A stretch of 64,000 nucleotides of DNA, from NCBI GenBank assembly GCA_016748015.1, contig JAAOMT010000723.1, forward strand, positions 157,349 through 221,348, in the 5' to 3' direction. The number at the start of each line of letters is the position of its first letter. Position 1 is the stretch's first letter. A model generated the notes under the pieces. It saw only the letters and a list, made by a program, of their open reading frames with translations, did not search any database and was not told where the DNA came from. Both the position numbers and the translations under genes were made by a program. Origin of the DNA: Geosiphon pyriformis uo1. Its lineage: Eukaryota > Fungi > Glomeromycota. Positions 54,701 through 64,000 of this stretch are shown here, one piece after another.

Positions 54701-55583
54701 ATTTAAACTTGTTTATAATAAAACAGCAATATTACCAGTTAAGATAAATATTAATACATATTTAATAGAACTAATAACAGAAGCCAACTTCCAAAAAACA
54801 TTGCTAAAAAGAACATATGACTTAATGAAAACATTAGAAAACAAAAGATAAAAAGCAGCTAATAATATTCAAAAATCACAAAAAAAACAACATAATAACT
54901 AATTACCAGATAAACTAGTTGAATTTAGAATTAAAAACAAAGTATTTTTGTATTATACCAAAGTGGAAAAACAATAAAGTGAAAAATTCAACTCCAAATG
55001 AAACAGATCATTTTACATTGAAAAAATTCTAAGAAATAGAGCTTATAAATTAAAATAAAACAACAAAATCTTAGCTAAAGTAGCATATAGAGATTAATTA
55101 AAATTATATTACAATATAGCATCATTATCTACCAATAATATCTCACAACTAAGAATACAATAAATATTAGTCCAATTAGATAAGATTCTATAAGATCTAA
55201 AACCAATCATAATTATCAACACAAACATGTTAAATTAATATATCAAAAAGATATATAAAGAACCAACATATATAACAAAAGCAAACAGAGAAAATGGAAA
55301 TTACTGATGACATTTACTTACTTATACAACAACTGTTTCAACTAATTTAATACCAACAATTAAACATAGAAATTACAATTAATCAACAAACTATTTAGTA
55401 CAAAAATAGAGAAAAAAAGCCAAAACACCAATACAAATACACAAAAAATCGAAAAACATAGTAGATAATATATTAGCAAAAGTAAGATTATTAGTAGAAA
55501 CACTAAGAACAACAATACTATATAAAAAATTAACAAAAAAAAACTAGAAATAGTGGACACAACAATTTCCAAAAAACTTTTAC
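48740..55583 (+). mobile_element. Ty3/Gypsy element B (same family as A, more decayed, 5'-truncated at A's LTR, interrupted by a solo LTR)
   Basis: Colinear with the reverse complement of A from just after the gag knuckle. Protease IKLIFNS ~49340, Cys-rich region ~49880-50520, dUTPase ~50760-51140, RT 52540-53380, RNase H to 53835, integrase 53866-55120. Confidence 0.88.
51550..52415. mobile_element. Solo LTR, copy 2 (866 bp) with 4-bp TSD CCAG
   Basis: ccag|TATTAC...CATAACA|ccag. The uninterrupted homologous site in element A reads ctataaccagaacaattgg. Six 23-bp internal repeats. Confidence 0.92.
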
Positions 55584-56791
55584 TATTACCACTTGAGACA
55601 AATCCTCAATATTTAAAACTTGTATATTAACAAAACAAAACAATTGTTTAACACAATTATATTGCAATAACTTGAATAATTTGTGAGAAAAAACAACCTA
55701 TTCATACAGACATAAGCTATATATTAGTTACAAGCTAGATTTTAAGGCTGATCAGAATTACTATTTTATCTAACAATAAACACAGTAATTATTAATCAAT
55801 TAAGAAGAATTATTAATGCTGTTATCAGTAAAATTTTAGCTATTAATTAGCATGAAATTATCCTTATAGTTCTTATCAGTAATTAACATGTTAATATCAA
55901 TCCAAATTATCACTTATTATTTAATCAATTTATCACATATCACGATTCAATTAATAATCCAATTAGTACAACAGAAATTAAGATGATCAAATTACACAAT
56001 ACCCTGAACTTTGTAACATTATAAAATTCGCCGAAATTTATAGAAATTCCCCAAATTTATGAATAGTTTATCTAAATTAATCAATAGTTCAGTGAAATAA
56101 CTTGTAGTTCATCAAAATATATCTTTAGTTCGCCGAAATTTGAGCAAAGAGAAAAAGTGCAAGTTCATAGACTAGTACTACAACAAGTTGTATAAAAGAA
56201 GAGCTTTTCTCTTCAAGAAAATATATTTTACTTTAGATTTATCACTTAGAACCATTCCTACACACACAAAAAAAAATAAATATCAAATAATTCGAAAAAC
56301 CAATTTTTTTAAATATTGCACTTAGAAAATCTCCAAAAACCCAACTAACATTTTTGAAATTGATTAGCTACCAATTTTAGTAAACTGTTAGTGACTTCAA
56401 GCCTAAATAGAAAACGTTTCCCTTAATAAAATCCTATTTCTTTTACATTTCTTTTATTTTTCTTTTCTTTTCTTATTACAATTATTAAAGTAGCCTACAA
56501 ACAAGATTTTTGTAGAAGAGTTGACTTTTACAGCAAAATAACTACACCTTTTTAGTGAGCTTCCAGATGAGCAATTCCTGGAAAAAAGTTGACATTTACT
56601 ACAATGTAACTACATAAAGTAACTGGCAAGGAATTGGTCATTCCACTCATAAGCCCAGCAGTTCAAATTATAGGAGATAATTTGAAGATAAATTCAGTTA
56701 CTGGAGGTTCAACTACTTCCTGGAAACGTGAATTCACAACAAATCAACATTAACAACATTTAAGAAAAGAGACTAAAAACCTCTGGTAACA
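55584..56791 (+). repeat. 5' LTR of element C (left boundary uncertain)
   Basis: Ends GTAACA immediately before the PBS. The left end is tentatively set at TATTACC (decayed TGTTAC). Confidence 0.55.
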
Positions 56792-56806
56792 TTTGGTGCT
56801 CTCCCA
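56792..56806 (+). promoter_or_regulatory. Putative primer-binding site of element C
   Basis: tt-TGGTGCTCTCCC directly after the LTR end is complementary to a tRNA ending ...AGCACCA. The tRNA identity is not determined. Confidence 0.7.
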
Positions 56807-56836
56807 TGGAAACAACACAGCAAAAACAACTTCAAA

Positions 56837-59800
56837 ATGGCGACCATACCAGACACAACAATTCTAGAGTATTACTAGTCAATTTACACCCACTGCAAGC
56901 AAAAATTCAACATCTCAGACGGAATTAAAGTTATCAAGAAATCAGTATACCAATACATTGAAAACCACATTAACAATTATCTTTTTGGAAATTACAATAT
57001 CTCAAAAGTTAGAAACAACCTTTACAATAATTTAGTGCATTATTCACAGTTAAGAATTGAAGACCTTAACAGTAAAACACTTGCCACTTACTTTCAAGAA
57101 CTTAATTTTAACATTTTCAAGTACTGTAAAAAAACATATTCAGTGCAGTCTCAATACTCTATTAATTTTGAATCAAAGACAGAAACAAGCAACAAAGGCA
57201 AACAAAAATTGAAACAATACTCAAAAACCACCCCAAATACTTCAATACTACCAAAAACAACTGCCAAACACTTGCAAACATCTGAACAAAGAACCAATGT
57301 CAAATTACCACTTTCTATTACACTATTTCCAATTTCACTTGTTCAATCACAAACACCAAGTTCACCACTTAAACATTTCTCCAGACCAGAAGATTATCAG
57401 TTACTTAGAAATCCTACTCAACAGCAGGAACCAATATTAACAAGTGCCAATATTATTGATTACTTACAAGAAAATAAAAGTAATCATTCAAAAAGTCTGA
57501 AAAGTGAAGAAATTAAATTAAAACAAGAAGAAACTACAGAAAACAAAGAAGAAATGGCAACTGCTTACATTGTAAAGATTCCAGAATTTACTGGTAAAAA
57601 TAATGATACCAGTCCTCAAGAATGGCTTAACAAAGTTCAAAAAGCAGGAGATGTAAATGGTTGGATTGCAGCAAGAATGCTCAAAGCAATTCCATATTTT
57701 CTCCAAGGAACTGTAAGAGAATGGTTTGAAAACTTAGAAGAATCATTTGAAAACTGGCAAGCATTTAAAGATGCTTTCTTACAACAATTCACTGACAACA
57801 ACACCTTTATTACTCTCTGCAATTGCTTTCACAATATCAAACAAGAAACATCTAAAACTGTCATGACTTATCTTGGAAGATTCAACAAATTTTTTCGACG
57901 GATTTGACAATTGGAAACCAATGATTATTATTCTGATGCTCAAATTCTAGACCAGTTTATAACAGGATTAAAAGACAAACTGATTAAGAAAGTCTGCCCA
58001 CATGCTCTAGTAGACTTAGCAACTGCTATCAGACATGCAAAGAACTATGAAATGGCTATAAAAGAAGCAAACCACACCAAACTTATCAACCTAGCTATTG
58101 GAGAAACCAGTTCAGCAGCTGAAGAGAAGATAGACCAACTCACAAAGAAGGTTGAAAGCTACTTCACAAACCAACAACAACAGCAACAACAACCACAAAG
58201 ATATCAACCCCCACAACAATGCAACCAAAACAAATTTGGATTACCCTTCAACAACCAACCTCAAAATTGTTATTATTGTGGAATTCCAAGACACTGGAAA
58301 CGAGATTGTAGGAAATTACAAAGAGACCAACAAAATAGAAATAATCAATGTTATTCTTCATCACAACAATCTTATTACCAACCTCCACCACCAACTTATT
58401 ATTTACCAAAACCCCAAAATCAAAACAATTACTATCAACCAGCTTCACAACCAATGCAGCAACAATATCACCAACCTTTACCAATTCAGCAATATCAGAC
58501 ACAACCCCCTCAACAATATTAAGTACCAGCCAGAAAATTGGTTCAACATAACCAATTCACACCTCAAAATCAATTTCAGAATAATAACAATAGGATCAAC
58601 CCAAATAACCAATTAGTTCCCCGAAATTCTGGTCAACAAAGACCAAATTACTTTCACACTCAACCCAGTTATTTAACAATAACTGAAAAATCGAATTTTC
58701 AACAAACTGTACTTTCTGAAGATAAAGCTGCAGTACCAAGAACAAACCCTTCCAACCATACTATTCCACTAGCTTAAATTGCTCAAAATACCAACCTTTC
58801 AGATATATTTTCATTCGAATTTGAAGCAAATGAATTACCATTCTTGCTTAATAATACAGCAGCTAATGAACAAAAAGCTATTACTGCTATGTACACTGAA
58901 GCTACAGTTGAAGGAAAACCCATCCAATTAATTCTAAACAGTGAATCAATTAGAAGTATTATCACTTATTAGTTAATGCAGCAGCTTCAAAGAACTGTTG
59001 ACAAACCAGCCCAAACTGTAATTGTTATAGCAGATGGTATGAAAAAGACACTAGTAGGAGAAATTAACAATTTTCCATTCACCATTGATGGAATCACCAT
59101 TCCAGTCAAAGTGCTAGTCATGAATGCACCCCAATACCAAGCTCTGGTCGGAAATAATTGGCTTCTTAAAGCCAATGCAAACTTAGATTGAGAAACTCAA
59201 GAACTAAAAATCTCATACCAAGGACAATACACTATAGTACCTGCTACTTGTGATATTTTTAACAAATGATCAGAGAAAGCCCCAGTATTTGAATTTAAAG
59301 AGGAGAAAAAAATACCACTTACTGAAACCTACATGGCACTTGGATCAACATCCAACTGGGCTGAGGAAACAGAACAAGAGATTTTTGAAGAATCAAGAGA
59401 ATAGAAAAAAGTTAGATATTTTACTCCAGAATCACAGAAACAACCACCCTATATTCCACTTAAATGCAAAGATTGTAACAAGAAACTTTCATCAATGGAA
59501 GCATGTATTTCTCCAGAAGAGAAATATGAAACTCGTACCTGTTACTTTTGCAAAGCATGCCATAGAGAATAATTTGGATCTCCAAAAAGAAGTGAAAAAT
59601 AGGACAACACACTTTGTCTTACATGTGGAGATATGTTACCAGAAGAATGCAACTGGATTGATGTTGTAATGAGAGGAGAAGTATATGATCAAACCTGTTA
59701 ATATGCTCTATCAATTTCGGAAAAAGTCAGAAGAGGAACACCATTTAATGCAGCATACAACAGTGCTCTCAATAAACTTTACCACTACTCTCATAATACT

Positions 59801-62438
59801 GAAATGATTTTTGATCTAGCAATGGCATTGATCAATGGAGCCACTTAAGGAAATGTCTGCCAAATGAAAGAAACTGAATATATTGAGTATACCATAGAAT
59901 TAGCTGGATTTGATTATAAAAATGAAGTAGAAACCTACCACCAAATTGCAAGCCACACATACCCAACTCAAGAAGCTCAAATTCAATAATTAGAACAAAT
60001 GAACATTCAATTGTGTGAAGAATGCATCATGCTTTGTGATAACAAATAGTGTCCAGAATGCTATGCTCTTAGCATTCTCCTGCCAAAGAAAAATGATGAA
60101 AATAAAATCGAATTTAGAGTATCTGAACTGGTAGAAAAACTACCAACCACTCCCATCTATTTTCTTGAAAAGCAACCATTTCTACAACTTAAATATTTTG
60201 ACAACCATGGCCAAGGAATCAGACCAGAAAAAGCACACGAAATTGATGCTAAATATGACCTAAGATACCCAGGAAAAGATACTTTGGTTTTCCAACCAAA
60301 GTCTTTGACAAAAATCAATCTCAAAATTGCTCTTGAAATTCTACCTGGAGCAATGGTTCAAATTGCATCCAGATCATTATTGGCAAGCAAAAGAATTAAT
60401 ATTAAAGGAGGAGTTATAGATAAAGAATATACTGGAGACATTGCCATCATATTGCAGAATAAAACAGACAAACCATTCAAGATTGAACATGCTAAAAAAA
60501 TTGTTCAAGCAATTTACCTACTCTTAATTAATATTTCGGGTTTACAATCAGTTAACAACAGAGAACAATTGGGAAAAAGTGAAAGAAGAACTCAAGGTTT
60601 TGGTTCAACTGGATGATTTACAGTTCCAGTAAATATAGCTCTTAATACACAAAATAAATCTCACCAGATTCTTTTCACCTTTTGGAGAACATCACGAAAT
60701 TTACACTTGCTCAAAACTCACCACTACACAACAAATCTTTGAATCCAATAAACAAATCTGTTTAAAACATGAAATCTCAATTCCAAACGTTTATATTCCC
60801 AAAAGAATGAAAAAATTTTGAGTTACATTCTACAACCCCAATAATTATCCTATTGTCTTATTAAACAAACTAAAGATTGAAATCATACACAGCAATATTT
60901 TTTAAGATGAAAACCCTCAAATTGTCTCTAATTTCATCGAAATTGTAAGGCACACTCTACTCCCAAATCCAAATATCATTTGCACTACTGAAAACTACCA
61001 CTTTTTGAAAGAAAAATTCTCTTAAATCAACATGGGTCTCTTAGAACCTCAACAACAAAGACAATTGAAACAATTGATAGCTGAATTTGCAGATATATTT
61101 GCAAAAAACAACAATAACCTGGGAAAAATGGATATTGTTTAACATCAGATCCATATAGAAAATGCTCCACCAAAACATTAGCAAGCTTACAGAGTGCCAC
61201 CTACCAGCCACCAATTCATCAGAGAAGAAGTCCAGAGAATGCTTAATAACGGATTGATTCAACCATCAAGAAGTCTTTGGGCCTCACCAGTAGTTCTTGT
61301 CAAAAAGAAAAATAGAAAAATCAGATTTTGTGTTGACTATTGCCAATTGAACAGTGTAACAATTGGAGATGCTTACCCTTTTCCAAGAATTGATGACATG
61401 CTAGATGCTCTAGGAAAAGCCAAGTTTTTCTCAACTTTAGACTTGGAAAGTGGATACTGGCAAGTCGAAATGAACCCAAAAGACCAATCCAAAACAGCAT
61501 TTACCACCCAGGAAAAAAACTATGAGTTCAATGTTATGCCTTTTGGACTCTGCAATGCACCAACAATATTCCAGCAACTTATAGATGTTGTATATGAAGG
61601 ACTTTTGTGGCAATTAGTAGTTGTCTATCTTGATGACACTGATGTATACTTACCAAGCTTTAAGACTCATCTCATCCACCTGCAAGAAGTTTTTCAACAA
61701 TTATGGAAAGCAGAATTGAAATTAAACATTGAAAAATGTCACTTTGGAAAAACAAGCTTAATCTTCCTTAGACATATTGTTAGCAAAAATGGAGTCAAAC
61801 CAAATTCTGGAACAATTAGTGCTGTTAAAAACTTTCAAACTCCCAAAAATACCACAGAACTATGAAGATTTGTAGGATTAGCCTCTTACTATCAAAAATT
61901 TATAAAAAAATTCTCAGAAATTGCCAAACCACTCAATTATTTTACCAACAAAAATGTACCATACAAATGGATTGAAGAACAACAAAAAGCTTTTGAAACT
62001 TTCAAAACAAAATTGACAACAGCCCTAGTTCTTGCTTACCCAGACTTCAACAAACAATTCCAATTAACCACTGATATTTCACACATAGCATTCAGTGCCA
62101 TCTTATCACAATTAGATAAAAATGGCCAGGAACAAGTTATTGCCTATGCCAGCAGAACACTCAAGTCAACAGAACTCAAATATGGCTCAACTGAATTGGA
62201 AGCCACTGCAGTCACCTGGGCTCTCAAATACTTTCAACAATACCTGAAGAATGAAAAAGAATTTGACATAATAACTAACAATATTGGCCTCAAATGGCTT
62301 AATAAAAAGAAAACTAAACAAAGTGCTAAACAGTCTCGATAGAATGACTTCCTAGCAGACTACAGATACATTGTACATCACAAACCAGGAAAACTACACA
62401 CCAATGTTGATAGTCTCTCAAGAATGAGACAATGTTAA
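56837..62438 (+). pseudogene. gag-pol of element C (gag, PR, Cys-rich domain and dUTPase in one frame; RT-RNase H after one shift)
   Basis: ORF pieces at 57035, 57911, 58538, 58976 and 60284 share a frame; those at 61194 and 62013 share another. Many TAA/TAG/TGA interruptions. Confidence 0.88.
60190..60616 (+). pseudogene. dUTPase domain in the pol of element C
   Basis: KAHEIDAKYDLRYPG, QIASRSLLA, GGVIDKEYTGDI, IVQAIY, RRTQGFGSTG: trimeric dUTPase motifs 1-5. Confidence 0.9.
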
Positions 62439-62505
62439 TACCAACATCAACACCAACAAAACACCAACAAACTTAACAGCAAAACAAACAACAAAATCAA
62501 CAACA

Positions 62506-63891
62506 ATGAATCCAGAAAACTACAACAACATCAAAAACTATTTGGAGACTCTCACCATGCCAGAAAATTGGTCTCCAAGTAAAAAACATTGATTACAACA
62601 CCAATCCAAACAATATTTTATACACCACAACAAAATCTATTACAAATATCGTAAAAACCCAAACCAACCATTCAGATTAGTACAGAAAAAGGAAAAAGAA
62701 ACAATTTTATACAACATGCACACAAATCTTTCTTTAGCACACTTGGAAAGAGATGGAACAATTCAAAGAACTCTTGAACATTATTTTTGGCCTCACATGC
62801 AAAAAGACATTTGACAATATGTAGAATCTTGTGATAGTTGTCAAAAAAGAAAAGGAACTTGCCCCACAGAACTTTTAAATTCAATTAAAGTTGAACAACC
62901 TTTTAACAAAGTTGGAATTGATTTAGTCGAACCATTACCTATCACAACCCAAGAAAATTGCTATATTGCAGTAGCAGTAAATTATCTTACCAAATGGCCT
63001 AAAACTAGAGCCATCCAAAGAGCAGATACAAAATCAGTAGCAAATTTCATCTATGAAGACATTATTTGTAGACATAAATGTCTAATTGAACTCTTATCTG
63101 ATCAAAAAACACATTTTGTAAACAACTTGATACAAGAAATTTGTGAATGATTCAATGTTAAAAGACCTCTATTATCACTTTATTGCCCTTAAACAAATGG
63201 ACTTGTAGAACGTTTCAATAGAACATTGTGTGAATCTTTAGCCAAAGTCTTAACAAACTTTGAGCAGGAATGGAATATCTTTATTCCATCAGTGTTACTA
63301 ACATACAGAATGCTAAAACAAGATACTACAAAACACACACCATTTGATCTTACTTATGGAAGAACAGCAACATTACCAATTAATTTCACAGTGGAAACAT
63401 AACCAGTGCAACCAATCAATGAAAAAAACTTTCAAGAAACACTCCAAAGAAGGGCCTACACTTTTCTTAGTACACTGAAAGGAAAAAGAAGAATAGCAGC
63501 AACTCATATTAAACATTCTCAAGCTCAACAAAAAGAAAAACATGACAACAAATTACCACCTATTACCAACAAATTTAAAGTTAGAAATAAAGTTCTCTTA
63601 CACAGAACTAAGGCTAAAAAACAATGGAGTGGGAAATTTGAAAACAAATGGAATGGACCATTTTATATTCACAAAATTCTAAACAATAGATCATATAAGT
63701 TAAAACTTGATGACAAAGTACTAGCAAAAGTTGCACATGGAGATAAATTGAAACACTATCATTCCAAAAACAATCCTGAACCATTAATTCCACAAATTGG
63801 TACATATTCTCCTTTAATTAATCTTGAAGATATTCCCCGAAATTTAGAACCAATAATTATAATAGAACAACAACCAAACTTAAACACTTAA
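62506..63891 (+). pseudogene. Integrase of element C (own ATG, single frame, no chromodomain visible)
   Basis: MNPENY..., zinc finger HTNLSLAHL...CDSC, DDE-type core, GPF module WNGPF. Internal stops. Confidence 0.85.
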
Positions 63892-64000
63892 TTCAACATA
63901 ATTTTACAATAATTTTTAATAACACACAAAAGACAAAAATAATAAATAATTACAAAACACCCAAAACCCAAAAACAAATAAAACCCCAGACCCAAAAAAA

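Larger units (their letters stand above)
55584..64000 (+). mobile_element. Ty3/Gypsy element C (related subfamily, best preserved; runs off the window end)
   Basis: LTR-PBS, gag from 56837 (KAIPYFLQGTVREWF, CYYCGIPRHWKRDC), protease ~58880-59200, Cys-rich region, dUTPase, RT (SLWASPVVLV, FCVDY, FNVMPFGLCNAP, VYLDD), RNase H (TTDIS, IAYASR, ELEA), integrase (H..H..CDSC, GIDLV, SDQ, GLVERFNRTL, WNGPF). Confidence 0.93.

Noticed and set aside
60190-60616. dUTPase as a host DUT1 gene or a viral insertion
   Set aside because: It is in frame with gag-protease and sits at the same position in three retroelement copies.
29487-63891. Alternative genetic code or programmed readthrough explaining the TE stops
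   Set aside because: All three stop types occur, accompanied by Asp>Asn and Cys>Tyr losses, while host genes read cleanly in the standard code.

Overview
AT-rich, intron-containing fungal DNA. The gene families and TE types resemble Glomeromycotina, possibly Geosiphon-like; this is recognition from memory, not a database result. Positions ~2.4-27.1 kb hold seven spliced + strand genes: two paralogous F-box genes, a BTB-BACK-TLDc gene, endopolyphosphatase PPN1, a protein made of four ~148-aa repeats of an unknown domain, an FHA-RING E3 ligase (Dma1-like) and an orphan gene. They are separated by microsatellites and AT deserts. Positions ~29.4-64 kb are a nested block of decayed TEs. It contains a full-length RNase H-bearing LINE, a second LINE 5' stub, three Ty3/Gypsy elements (A on -, B and C on +) and two solo LTRs of another family. 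All three Ty3 elements carry a multi-CxxC Cys-rich domain plus a dUTPase between protease and RT. The TEs are full of C>T/G>A stop codons but have almost no frameshifts, which suggests repeat-targeted hypermutation. The flanks allow the insertion order and an LTR-LTR recombination deletion to be reconstructed.
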